From contig JAFCEK010000004.1 of the NCBI GenBank assembly GCA_017609225.1, positions 1 to 41,322 of the forward strand: a DNA stretch of 41,322 nt, given 5' to 3'. The notes beneath the pieces were generated by a model. It was not told the DNA's origin, searched no databases, and saw only the letters and a program-made list of their open reading frames with translations. The translations under genes were made by a program, and so were the position numbers. The DNA comes from Candidatus Aenigmatarchaeota archaeon (lineage in GTDB: Archaea; Aenigmatarchaeota; Aenigmatarchaeia; QMZP01). Positions 16,004 to 26,222 of the stretch are shown here, piece by piece. The stretch's first letter is position 1, and each line of letters starts with the position of its first letter.

Positions 16004-16807
16004 ATGTGTTTTCTGACAGAGCAGGCCCCCATTATCAGCATAACCGCTTTTTAAACCAGTGTAAACGGCCAAGCTATTAATGAGGCACTGCGGATCGCTA
16101 GGCCACGCTTTCGCGTCAGGATTTCTTACTTTCGGAAATCCTATCAGGCTGGCTTTTGCCCTTACACTCTCTTCGAGATTTCTGACCTCGATGAGCCAAC
16201 CTTAGGGCGCTCCTGATATTAAGCGGCTGCTAAAGCTACAAACAGAGGCTTTAGAAGACGTATCTTATTAGGAGCGTACCGCCCCAGTCAAACTACCCAT
16301 CTGCCGCTGTTTCCGGCCGAGGCCGGATGAGCGATAAAGAAACGATAGGTTGGTGTTACACTTACGAGAATGGACAGCTTTTTTCAGTCAATGGAAGCTG
16401 CCATACTTTTCGCATTCCCCAGACCTGACGACCTGGGTTCGGCGCTCCCAACTACTCTATACAACCATTTCTTTATCACAACAACAGACTGTAGTAAAGT
16501 TCCATGGGGTCTTCGAGTGCCTGACTGCTTATTTCATTCATTACAAACAATCTGGCTTTCTCGTCCCGCTGAGGGTCTCCTGAGTATGCACAGGACAGTT
16601 AATTTCACTGGGTATCAGCCCGAGACAGTGGGGATCTCGTTAAGCCATTGATGCAGGCCGACAATTTCGACCAGAAAGACGACTTTCATATGCTAGAACA
16701 AGTCGTCAAACTGATAATCGGCAAGGGATTGCGCAACGGCTTTCTTCATCCTTTTTGTCAGATGACCGTCATTACGCTACCTTAAGACGGTCAGAGTCTG
16801 CGGCACA

Positions 16808-16835
16808 GACTGCCTTTAAACCAATGTTAGCAGTC
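16808..16835 (-). repeat. mini-insertion family B copy
   Basis: gactgcctttaaaccaatgttagcagtc. Confidence 0.6.
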
Positions 16836-18007
16836 ATGTGATACCGCCGGCGTTTATCAGGGCTTCATCCGGTTGAATCCGGACTTAACACACTGACACT
16901 GGCCAGGCCTCAAGAGCCATACAAGGCATTTCTGCTTAGCGGCTCCCTAAGTTTTTATTAAACAGTCGGACCCCCCTTGTTACTGAGACCTACCCTTCCC
17001 AACTTAGTCAGGAGAGTAGGCATCCCTTCTACCAAAGATACAGGACCAATTTGCCGAATTCCTTGGGCTGATTTCTCCCATTCACCTTCCCCCTAAAGGC
17101 CAATACAGCCTAACGGCTGGTTCTGGCTGTCTGACTTTCTCAGGGAGGGCACCATTCGCCGAAACCTTTCCCTTTTACATATTTCTTTCCAGAGATTTTT
17201 GAGAAAGGTTTAGTGACGGTTCTCGGTACGGATGAAAGAAATCCTTACCAGTTCCCTTTGTGCAGAACAACAGCCTGCGCTATTGAATCGGCTGTCATAA
17301 CCTTTTCACGGGTTCCAGGAATCAACCAAACCTCCTAAGGGAGGCCCTCACAACTTCACCTGTTTTGAGGCCCACGGCATTTATTCAGTAAACCAATGCC
17401 GGAAGCTTTCTCGCCATTATGGCACTCCACAGGCTTGATTGCTAGGATACAGCGAACTGTACAAGGTCTATCCCGAAACGTCAGGAACTGGTCCTGCGTT
17501 GCCGCACGTATTCTTTCAGGGCAGGAATATTAACCTGCTTCCCTTTCGGCAAACTCCATTCCTAAACCAACTGCTAGTTGCATTAACAGTGGGTTTGTTA
17601 GGGTTTGCCTTAGGACCGCCTTAGGCTGGCAATAGGAATTTATTTACTCTGGTAACATAAGCTTCCTAGAGCCATTAACCCTCAGCTGAATCGACCAGAA
17701 GCGACATATAAAAATAGTCGCCATGCTGTTAATCGTTGCTGAGGAACCCTGGCCCTGTACCTTCAAAGACGGCTTTGTTCAGCCAGCGTTAGCCGTCAAT
17801 TGATTTAGGTGGCTGAGATTTTCACCCAGCTTTCGCTGCTACTATCAACAAGATTCTTGTTTTCATGAGGTCTACCCGAACTCACATTCAGGCTTCTGCC
17901 CCCATGAAACACCTCCCTACAATATTCCGGACACAGTCCGGAATTCAGGGTCTCGGTAGCGCATTTAGTCCCATCCATTCTCAAGGCTCCCAACCTCGGC
18001 GGGTGAG

Positions 18008-18634
18008 CTATTTTGCGGCCAAGATGCCGATTTTTCTTTTTTTGGAGGGATTGAAAATTGGTATATTTTTTATGAAATTTTTATTGTCTTTTTTTGATAC
18101 CCTAAGAACAAATCTTGGATAATTCCCATTTTTATTTTTATATATTCCAACATTTCCTGAGCTTATATTTAATTTCCTAAGAAGCCTTTTTATATCATTT
18201 AAAGGTGGACATTCTAAACCATTCCAGGACAGATGAAATCTTATCTGATGTGTTCTTATATCAAATCCACCCTCAGCATCCCAAAAACCGCCTATGTACC
18301 ATTTAATAATTTCTTTATTTCCCGTATCCATTAAAATCTTCGGGGTTTTCCAGGTAATTTGTGATTTCAATGGATGATCAAATTCTTTCTGTATTTGTAT
18401 TGCTATTTTTTTGGAGTAAATTCTTAGATATGGCGTTCCTTTTCTAGGTTTACAAAATATTTGATTTCCGCTGAACGTTTTTTTCAATAGTTTTGATAAA
18501 AAATTCAGCCATTTTGTGTCTTTACTGTAGAAAGTTATATAATGGTGAATTTTTCCTTGTTTGTCACTATATCTAAGAACTGAACCATCTCTAAGTGCTC
18601 CAAGCAAATAGGCCAAATTTTTGGTGAGCTCCAT
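18008..18634 (-). CDS. LAGLIDADG homing endonuclease (double-motif)
   Basis: Motifs LAYLLGALRDGSV and IGGFWDAEGGF. The stop TAG is formed by the first exon nucleotides (UAGCUCAC). Confidence 0.9.
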   Translation of the reverse strand: MELTKNLAYLLGALRDGSVLRYSDKQGKIHHYITFYSKDTKWLNFLSKLLKKTFSGNQIFCKPRKGTPYLRIYSKKIAIQIQKEFDHPLKSQITWKTPKILMDTGNKEIIKWYIGGFWDAEGGFDIRTHQIRFHLSWNGLECPPLNDIKRLLRKLNISSGNVGIYKNKNGNYPRFVLRVSKKDNKNFIKNIPIFNPSKKRKIGILAAK

Positions 18635-18679
18635 AGTACTATTTTATTTGATTACTTAAATGTTTAACGGCATCCTGAC
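18011..18679 (-). other. 23S rRNA intron 2 (about 670 nt) carrying a LAGLIDADG ORF, in domain II
   Basis: It splits ..GCAGCCAUCAUAUAAUGAGUGCGUAA | UAGCUCACCCGCCGAGG (compare E. coli AGCGUAAUAGCUCACUGG). The ends carry an inverted repeat, ggatgccg/cggcatc. Confidence 0.6.
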
Positions 18680-18988
18680 TTACGCACTCATTATATGATG
18701 GCTGCCTCTAAGCCAACGTTCCCGCTGTCTGAGGTTGAAAACGCTTTTCCTCACTTAATACGCAATCCTAAAACGACTGCTAAAACTGTTGCAAGTCTGC
18801 TTTGCTAACAAAGCAGTCCTTTCACTGAATTAGCAGACGCTTTTTTAGGGACCTTAACCCTGATCTGGGTTTTCACCCTTTCGGAAAACGAGCTTACCCC
18901 GTTTCCGCACTCCCAGCTTCTGTGATGGTAAGGTATTCAGAGTTTGACAAGGCAACTGGGGAATGAGAGCTTGACGGCTTAAAATAAT

Positions 18989-19099
18989 GTTGCCTCCGTG
19001 TATCCGCCTACTAAAGCCGGCGGTTTTCTTGGCGAGGCAACAGCTGTTGAACCAGAACCATACATCCACTGTTTGAAAACAATGGTTTTCTGGTTCAAC
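18989..19099 (-). mobile_element. 111-nt structured insertion element, copy B (in 23S), flanked by ATAAT direct repeats at 18984-18988 and 19100-19104
   Basis: About 90% identical to 10710-10822, in the same orientation relative to the host transcript. It is nested in the loop of a GACGGCTT...AAGCCGTC mini-insertion (18973-19118). Confidence 0.8.
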
Positions 19100-20507
19100 A
19101 TAATTTATGCAAGCCGTCGGAGCCTTTTCTCCCCTTGGTTACCTAATCAGTAGCTCTACCCCCTTACCTGTCTCAGCTGAGGCTGAACTTAGGTTCATTT
19201 CGGGAGGAACCAGCTATCACCCCACTCGATTAGCCTCAAAACCAGCTGCTCCTGCTGTCTGGTGCAAGCAGCATGGTATTTTTACCCCTAGTCCCAGGTC
19301 ACGCAAGCGATTTGCCCACCGGCTGCCAATGCTTGGCTTTAGCAGCCGGTTTTGAATCTCAGCAATGCTTCGGGCCTCCATCCCGGTTTCCCGGGACTTC
19401 ACCCTGCCCAGGACTAGATCGTGGGGTTTCGGGTCTCATCCCTGTGACTCGGGCGCTTTCACACCCAACCGCCTTGCCGAAGCTGCGCGGTCTTTGCTTT
19501 CGCTACGACTGGTTTCCTTAGTCTCGCCACAGAAATGAACTCCTTGTCGCGTGTTTCAAAACGGACGATATAACCCGACAACCGGCTCTCGTACCAGGCC
19601 CTTGCGGGCTTTCCTTGAACCGGATTTCTGCAGGCCATATCTACCTGTAGCTGCATGGTTTCAGGTTCTTTTAATGTCGCAAAGCGATATTGCTGACACA
19701 GCTCGTAAACTATCGCTTTCCGATTTCATCTCCTGTTAAGGATGCTTTTCAGCTTTCCCTCACGGTACTAGTGCGCTATCGGACTCAAATTATATTTAGG
19801 ATTGGGAGTTATTGTCTCCCGTATTCCTGCTGGATATCCGACCAGCAGTACTCTGGCACTTAGTAAGGTTGCCTGATTACAGTCACAACAAATTCTTTAT
19901 GACTATAACTATTTGGCCTTACTAAGTGATACATGGTATCATCCTTCTTCCGTTCTCCTACGGGGCTGTCACCCTCTATGGCACTGCTTTCCAGCAGACC
20001 TCGGATTGGGAAGTTAGGAAGAGCCCAGTTCCAAACCCCACATCCGCACAGGCTTTCGCCAGCGCGTTCGGTTTGTCCTGTTCCCTTTTCGGTCGCCCCT
20101 ACTAAGGGAATCGCAATACATAACCATTAAATGGCTATGTACTGTTTTGCTTTCTTTTCCTGCGGTTACTAAGATGTTTCAGTTCACCGCGTGCTCGCTT
20201 GCTGATGCAAGCGTCCAAAAGGACGGGAAGTCCTATCCGAACTGACTGCTAATATTACGAAGTTTTATCTGTATTAGAAGTCAGTTATTCGGTAATCCCG
20301 GGTTCAATGCATGCCTGCGGCTACCCCGGGCTTACTGCAGCTTGCCACAACCTTAAAGAGCAAGACAGCCAACTGGAGTTAATTGCATAGTAACCCAAGC
20401 TGTCATGCCTTTCTTCGATATTTGAGCCAAGCCATCCACCATACAGCCTTGCTGTCCTTATAACTAACCCCTGCCTTACTCAGTTTGTAAAGAAAGGGTT
20501 TTTTGTC

Positions 20508-20521
20508 AGGATAACCCGCCT
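20508..20521 (-). other. 5' strand of putative pre-23S processing helix
   Basis: Complementary to 14033-14046. Confidence 0.4.
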
Positions 20522-20955
20522 ATGAATATCATATGAAAGAGCCCTTTGCAGTCATCTGCAAAGTTGTCATTTGGTGTTCTCAGCATTCACCGCCTCTGGG
20601 CAAGGCTCATACTGGGACAGTAATAATGCACAAGACCACTATTCCAGCAAACTATCAGCTTGCTATTTAAGTGGCCAGGCGCTTCAATCATCCACAGCTC
20701 CTTCTCATATCCTTCCACCATCTGAAATGGTGAAGTTCATATGCAGTGCATACAGTGAGCATTACAATATTGAACTTCAACTGCCCAGAATCAGAACTCC
20801 ATATAGAGTTTGTTTTGGAATCGCTTCCTAGCTGCTAACCACACATTCTGCCACAATGCATGACCGACTCTGAACAGCTGTTGCCTCTGATAAGCGTTTG
20901 CACGCTGTCAGACCGCTAAACAGGTGTTAACGGCCTGTAAGGAACCTTTGTTGAA

Positions 20956-21103
20956 TGGACTGGGTGGGATGCCCATACCAATCTTGGCTGGTTCCTTTCA
21001 GGTTAAGATTGGTATTTTGAACCCACGGCCTCTGCCTTGCAAGGGCAGCGATCTTTAATGGCACCCGGCAGTCACAGGGAAACCACCACTGATCTACCAG
21101 CCC
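20956..21103 (-). tRNA. tRNA-Ala(UGC) in the 16S-23S spacer, with two non-canonical introns
   Basis: Exons assemble to GGGCUGG UA GAUC AGUGGU..AAA GAUC G CUGCC CUUGCAA GGCAG AGGCC GUGGG UUCAAAU CCCAC CCAGUCC A. The G3:U70 Ala identity pair is present. There is a D-loop intron at about 21057-21084 and a 59/60 intron at 20970-21015 with an 11-bp internal stem. Confidence 0.85.
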
Positions 21104-21160
21104 GTAAAAGGGTTTAGACCATCTGATACAGCCAGTATAGTGGTCATACCTTTGGTATTA

Positions 21161-21175
21161 TGTGGTTATTGAGAC
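21161..21175 (-). other. 3' strand of putative pre-16S processing helix
   Basis: tgtgg-ttattgagac pairs with gtctcaataa-ttt-ccaca at 24595-24612, giving 15 bp with one 3-nt bulge. The two strands bracket the 16S gene. Confidence 0.45.
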
Positions 21176-21194
21176 TTAAATATTTAAGGTTTAT

Positions 21195-21237
<43 letters not shown>

Positions 21238-21809
21238 TATCGGACAACGAGATGATTATAGATTCTCCTGAATGGTTTGTGTGTTGCACTTTTATGTCAT
21301 TCTATAGCAAAGCTATAGTCATATTGCCCATCTCGCCGTCTTACGACTTAGCCCACCTTGCAGAACCATGACTTGATCTCACCAAAATGGTGAGAGCTCG
21401 CCAAAACTGCAGACCGGCTGCTAATACCATCAAGCAGTTTTTGCTTGTTTTAGCAGTCAGTTTTCCACTCGGTTGGCTTGACGGGCAGTGTGTGCAAGGA
21501 GCAGGAACATATTCGCCGCTAGATTCCACAGATAGACCGCTTAGAACAAAAAATGCAGTCAACCTATGATGACCAGCGACTATTCCCCAGAAAGACTGCT
21601 TTGCCAAATCAGAATCAGCAGTCAATCTACTAGGGATTTCGGCTTCATGAGGGCGGGTTACAGCCCTCAATCTGGACTGGGGTTGGTTTTGAGGATTAGC
21701 TTCCCTTTCTGCGAAGCAGGCAGCCTGAACAATCATTATAAGCTGCCATGTCTTTCAGGGTCGCATCCCATTCCACAGCAAGATGGCTTTGTTTAGCCGG
21801 AATTAGCCG

Positions 21810-22520
21810 TCATGCTTTTGTACCAACCATTGTAGGCCGCGTCTGGACCCAAATTGGCAAATTTTGGGCTTTCCTGATTTTATCAGGGTGATTAAATCCG
21901 ACATTCTCCAAGTATTTTTTGACTTTTTTAAATCCAATAATTTGAAAACCAAACATGTTTTTATATTTCCAGATGCTTGGATTTACCCCAAATCTTTGCA
22001 ATAGTTTGACAATATCATCTCTTATAATTTTATTTGAAACATGGAATCCAATTCTTGGATATGTATAAGTTTTATTGGTTCGTTTAACCTTTTTGATAGT
22101 TATCCAACCTTCTGAATCCATCCATCCTCTTAAATATTCTTTTATTGTATCATTTGATGAACTGAAGATTGGTTTCGGCGTCTTCATAAAAAAGGTCTTA
22201 TCTTTTGTTGGAATTTGTAATTTTTTGTAAATTTCAACGGCTTGTTTTGAGCAAAGTCTTGTCCTGTAAGTTATTTTTCCTTTCTTTGTTTTCAAACTAG
22301 AAATCACTATCCTGCCTTGAAATAATTTCTCTAATCTTGGTTTAATTATTTTTTGATGGAACTCAAGGCATTTGTCAGTTATTGAAATCCTATATTCTCT
22401 TGATTTTGGATTTTCTGTAATTGCTCCATCACCACCAATAAGACCTATTGTATATGCAAAGATTGGAGTAATTGCGGTTTCGGTTTCGTTTTTATCAAAT
22501 TTTAATTTCATTTGAATCAC
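21810..22520 (-). CDS. LAGLIDADG homing endonuclease (double-motif)
   Basis: Motifs AYTIGLIGGDGAI and LRGWMDSEGWI. The last roughly 14 codons read through into 16S exon sequence. Confidence 0.9.
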   Translation of the reverse strand: MIQMKLKFDKNETETAITPIFAYTIGLIGGDGAITENPKSREYRISITDKCLEFHQKIIKPRLEKLFQGRIVISSLKTKKGKITYRTRLCSKQAVEIYKKLQIPTKDKTFFMKTPKPIFSSSNDTIKEYLRGWMDSEGWITIKKVKRTNKTYTYPRIGFHVSNKIIRDDIVKLLQRFGVNPSIWKYKNMFGFQIIGFKKVKKYLENVGFNHPDKIRKAQNLPIWVQTRPTMVGTKA

Positions 22521-22705
22521 CGATTAAGCTAGCAAATTTTCCCCTGTTCTTTTATGTATTGATTTTGGAAGATAAAAGAACAATAGGGATGGGCTGTATT
22601 GGGCGATTCAATATGCTGGTGTTTAAAACGAAACCGTTTACCCATTTGCCAATCTGGTGTATCCCAGCGGATTCAGAGCATTGCCGATCTTCACTGATAT
22701 AATCA
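21851..22705 (-). other. 16S rRNA intron (about 855 nt) carrying a LAGLIDADG ORF, just 5' of the GGGCUACACGCG..CUACAAUGG block (around E. coli position 1200-1215)
   Basis: Upstream exon is ..GACGGCAGGUCCGUAAAUCUUUAC and downstream exon is GGGUCCAGACGCGGCCUACAAUGG. The boundaries are approximate. Confidence 0.5.
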
Positions 22706-24141
22706 GTAAAGATTTACGGACCTGCCGTCGACCGCTCCTTCCTCTGGCTCATCGCCAGCGGTCCCCTATGAGTACTGGACCTCAAAAGAAGCCCGTGGTA
22801 ACATAGGGCGCGGGTCTTGTTCGTTACGACACTTAAGTCGACACCTTTACCGAAACCTTTTCTTCGGCTTTTCGCTAAAAAGGCTTTCACGGCACGAACT
22901 CTATCGTCCTGAAAGGACTCAGCTTCTGAAAGTTCCTTTCAAGATGACGACGGCCATGCACCACCTCTCAGCTTGTTTGGTAAGACCATCAGCCTGACCT
23001 TCAGTTCAGGTTGACTGCCAATGCAGTGTGCAGTCTGCTATGATAACACAGCAGTCTTATAACCGCATCAGCAGACAAACTTTCTGCTGTCGCCGCTGGT
23101 AAGGTTAAAGGCCGACTGCTAAGACAATACACGAACTGCTTTAATACCAAGCAGTCCCTTAGCCGTTTTAGCAGTCAGACTTTCCTCGCGTTGAATCGAA
23201 TTAAACCGCAGCCTCCACCCCTTGTGTGCTCCCCCGCCAATTCCCTTAAGTTTGATGCCTTAGGCATAACTCTCCGGCTATGCTGAAGATTCATCCTTGC
23301 GAACGTACTCCCCAGGTGGCCCGCTTAACGGTTTTCCTAGGACTCTGGCAACCCCCTTAAGATTGCCAATGTCTAGCGGGCATTGTATCCGCAGACTGAC
23401 GACTATATATAAGTCGTCTGTCTTTTACGGCTGGGACTACGCGGGTATCTAATCCGCTTCGCTCCCCCAGCTTTCATCCCTCACCGTCAGATCCGTTCTA
23501 GTCGAGCGCCTTCGCCACTCGCCTGAAAAGAGCTGTCTGGCTTGTTTCCGGTAAATCATGCAGCTCAAATCATCAGGCGGTCTTCCAGGGATTATAAGAA
23601 TATAAGCCTGTTCTTTTCTTCCCCTAAAGGGTTTCTTTAGAAAAGAGGGCTTTTTACCCTTACCCCTGGAATACCCTCGACCTCTCCCGGTCTCAAGTCC
23701 TGCAGTATCCCCAACAAGCTCCATAGTTAGCTATGGAATTTCATTAGGAACTTGCAGGACCGGCTACGAATGCTTCAAACCCAATAAAAATGGTCACCAC
23801 TTGCGGCGCGGGTATTACCGCGGCGGCTGGCACCCGTTTGGTAGCCCTGCTGCTTATATAACGATTCAAGCAGTTAAGGACTCTTACCCACCGCTTATTC
23901 GCTGAGCTTTTTGGACTCAGCAAAAGCTCCCTCAAAAAATGAGAAAGCACTCCAAATCCCTCCATCACGCTTTTACACCACCCCGGCTTTGTTTTCATTA
24001 TAACATATTGCATCTATCAAGCCGAAAGTGCTCGCGCATTGTGGAATTTTCGCGCTTGCTGCGCCCCGTAGGACCTGGATTCATGTCTCAGAATCCAACT
24101 CCGGGCTTCCTCTCTCAAGGCCCGTACTGAATCTATAGCAC

Positions 24142-24171
24142 AACTGCTTATTTCAATCTGCCAAAGCAGCC
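24142..24171 (-). repeat. mini-insertion family A-like copy in 16S
   Basis: aactgcttatttcaatctgccaaagcagcc shares the ttcaatct loop core with the 23S copies. Confidence 0.5.
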
Positions 24172-24442
24172 ATGTTTTATAGCCTCGCCAGGAATGTAAA
24201 AGAACAGCCCATTCAATATATACGGGCTGTATGCTCTCTTTACCCTGGCAACAAGCTAATCAGCCGCAGTCTTATCCTTGGGCGCCGAAGCTTTGGGTAA
24301 TAAAACATTCCAGTATTTATTACCTGTCTGGTATTAGCCCCAGTTTCCCGGGAATGGACAGAAAGACGGCATTATACAATTAAAAGCCGTCAGACTTTTA
24401 TCCCAGACCCAAGGGCAAATTAACTACGTGTATCCAGCAGAA

Positions 24443-24471
24443 GACAGCCTGTTCAATCAAAAAAAACCGTC
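24443..24471 (-). repeat. mini-insertion family A-like copy in 16S
   Basis: gacagcctgttcaatcaaaaaaaaccgtc. Confidence 0.45.
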
Positions 24472-24594
24472 ATCTGTTACTGAGCGATTCGCCGAGCTTG
24501 CGCTCTGACTTGCATAGCTTAGTCGGATTCGGATAGCAGTGACCTCCGGCGGGATCAACCGGAATTTGTGGCGGGTTTGTCCTCCTTAGAAGGA

Positions 24595-24612
24595 GTCTCA
24601 ATAATTTCCACA
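24595..24612 (-). other. 5' strand of putative pre-16S processing helix
   Basis: Complementary to 21161-21175 with a 3-nt bulge. Confidence 0.45.
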
Positions 24613-24812
24613 CAAGGTCAACAAAGGTTCCTATTTCAAACTTGACCTTTTCCTCAAGTTCACACCCCTGTCATCCCTTCACCCAGGGGTAGCACCCTTG
24701 GGCAAGGTCTAAAACAAGTTACTCATAATGGTTGCCCTTCGTAACTTAAACAACAGCATGGAATATTGTTCCATGGCTGGTCCATGCTGTTAACTCTTAT
24801 ATGTCACAATAA

Positions 24813-24838
24813 TTATATAAAGGTTTCTTATATTTAAA
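24813..24838 (-). promoter_or_regulatory. candidate rRNA operon promoter (two TATA-like boxes)
   Basis: The minus strand reads TTTAAATA...TTTATATAA, about 250-270 nt upstream of the 16S 5' end and downstream of tRNA-His. Confidence 0.3.
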
Positions 24839-24890
24839 GATTGCTGGGTGCTGTGCTTGCATGTTTTTGGGTATTTATTCAGTACAAAAG

Positions 24891-25113
24891 GGCCGCGACT
24901 GGGATTTCCATTTCACCCGTTGCCTTTGAATATGCCTTTCTTGGGTGAGACCTGGACCTTCTTTCGCGAAAGAAGGGGTCGGTTTTCGAACCCAGCTCAA
25001 GGGATGTCTGCCAGGCCTTTATTTGGAAGCCTTAGCTCCTTTTTGCCTTCAGGCTTTTTCAAGAAAAAGCCTGACCACAGTCCCTTATGTTAACCAGCTA
25101 CACCATCGCGGCC
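24891..25113 (-). tRNA. tRNA-His(GUG) with encoded G-1 and two introns
   Basis: Exons assemble to G(-1) GCCGCGA UG GUGU AGCUGGUUA ACAU A AGGGA CUGUGGA UCCCU UGAG CUGGG UUCGAAU CCCAG UCGCGGC C73. There is a canonical 37/38 intron at 25006-25074 (69 nt) and a 59/60 intron at 24905-24984 (80 nt). Confidence 0.85.
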
Positions 25114-25140
25114 ATAGCTGTCAATATAGTTATTTTATCT

Positions 25141-25148
25141 TTTATAAA
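25141..25148. promoter_or_regulatory. palindromic TATA box TTTATAAA centred between divergent tRNA-His and tRNA-Leu
   Basis: Its centre (25144.5) coincides with the midpoint (25144) of the two mature 5' ends at 25113 and 25175, about 27-34 nt from each. Confidence 0.35.
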
Positions 25149-25174
25149 GTATAAAGAATTATTAAAGATACTGT

Positions 25175-25461
25175 GCGGGGGTACCCAAGCGCCTTTTTCC
25201 ATGCGAATATGCAAGCGCCAGGAAAAGAATTGGGAATGGCCAAAGCCCTGCGGCTACAGGGGCAGGACTTAAGCTGCTGGCTTAAGTGCTTTGAGAAACC
25301 TCTGGGTTTCAGTGAAGAAACAATGCCCTAAGAAATCCTGTGGCTTAGAGGCTCCCTCATGTAAATGAGGCTGCCAGGCAATGCCTTCGCGAGTTCGAAA
25401 GGCTGACGGCTGGCACTGGCTGAACAAGGCCGTAGCAGTTCCGGTTGTCTCGCCCCCCGCA
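25175..25461 (+). tRNA. tRNA-Leu(UAA), class II, apparently with four introns
   Basis: Acceptor GCGGGGG/CCCCCGC plus A73. D-stem CCC/GGG (25184-86/25259-61). Anticodon arm CAGGA CUUAAG..A UCCUG, variable arm GGC-AAU-GCC UUC, T-arm GCGAG UUCGAAU CUCGC. The extra sequence lies at four sites: the D-loop (about 25191-25248), 37/38 (25274-25334), the variable region (about 25342-25376) and 59/60 (25400-25447). Confidence 0.75.
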
Positions 25462-25496
25462 TAAGATTTATTTGGCCTAAAGCAAAGGATGAGAGC

Positions 25497-26222
25497 ATGA
25501 AAATCGGAATAAAGATATACAGGCCCGAAAGGGATTATCTGAACAGAATCCTGAAGCATGTGGATTTTATAGAGGTTATGGCTGTTGAGGGGGAAAGCTA
25601 CAGGCTTCTTGAGGGAATTGATATCCCTTTTGTAATACATATGGAGCATTATAATTTTGGTGTGAATCCTGCAAACCCTTCCCTGGAAAAGAGGAACAGG
25701 AAGGCACTGGATTTTGCCTTGTCCCTGGCGGACAGGCTCAACTCGGAAACTGTGATAATGCATCCCGGATTTCTGGAAAACAAAAACTGCTCTGAATCCC
25801 ATTCATTAGATTTCATAAGAAACATCCTGGACAGCAGGATAATTGTTGAAAACATGCCCTGCAGGTCGCTGGGCATTGGCTTAAGGATTCTTGCCAGCAC
25901 ACCAGAGGATATGAAAAGAATGATGAAAGAAACAGGCAAGGGCTTCTGCTTTGACTTTGGCCATGCAGGCGCTGCTGCATGCTTCCTGAAGAAAGACCAT
26001 GTAAAATTTGCAGGGGAATTCATGAAGCTGAAGCCAAGGCATTTCCATGTTTCTGATGGAAAAACAAATATTCCAAAGGATATGCACCTGCATCTTGGCG
26101 ATGGCAACCTGAACCTTGCAGCATTCAGAAGAATGCTGCCAAAAAATGCATGGGTCACGGTGGAAACAGGAAAGGAAAGCATTGAGAAGCAGATAAGGGA
26201 TATTGAATTTATGAGGGGTTAA
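25497..26222 (+). CDS. xylose isomerase-like / AP endonuclease 2 family TIM-barrel protein
   Basis: VIHMEH, VIMHPGF, IVENMP, CFDFGHA and HFHVSDG motifs. Its 3' end overlaps the convergent sigma gene by 14 nt. Confidence 0.65.
   Translation: MKIGIKIYRPERDYLNRILKHVDFIEVMAVEGESYRLLEGIDIPFVIHMEHYNFGVNPANPSLEKRNRKALDFALSLADRLNSETVIMHPGFLENKNCSESHSLDFIRNILDSRIIVENMPCRSLGIGLRILASTPEDMKRMMKETGKGFCFDFGHAGAAACFLKKDHVKFAGEFMKLKPRHFHVSDGKTNIPKDMHLHLGDGNLNLAAFRRMLPKNAWVTVETGKESIEKQIRDIEFMRG

Larger units (their letters stand above)
14088..20462 (-). rRNA. rrl: 23S rRNA gene, about 6.4 kb because of many insertions/introns
   Basis: Reverse complements of conserved 23S blocks are present. Examples: 5' ..UAUGGUGGAUGGCUUGGC at about 20431-20444, GGAACCAGCUAUCACC region at about 19205, and GAAGACCCCAUGGAACUUUAC at about 16495-16514. 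Others: GUUAACUGGGUUAAAUACGGUGCGAAC at about 14790-14815 and GUAGACGACGGGCUGAUAGGACCGGGGCGUAAG at about 14148-14180. The ends are approximate. Confidence 0.9.

Noticed and set aside
25269-25802. 177-aa minus-strand ORF
   Set aside because: It overlaps the tRNA-Leu gene and is antisense to the TIM-barrel gene at 25497..26222.
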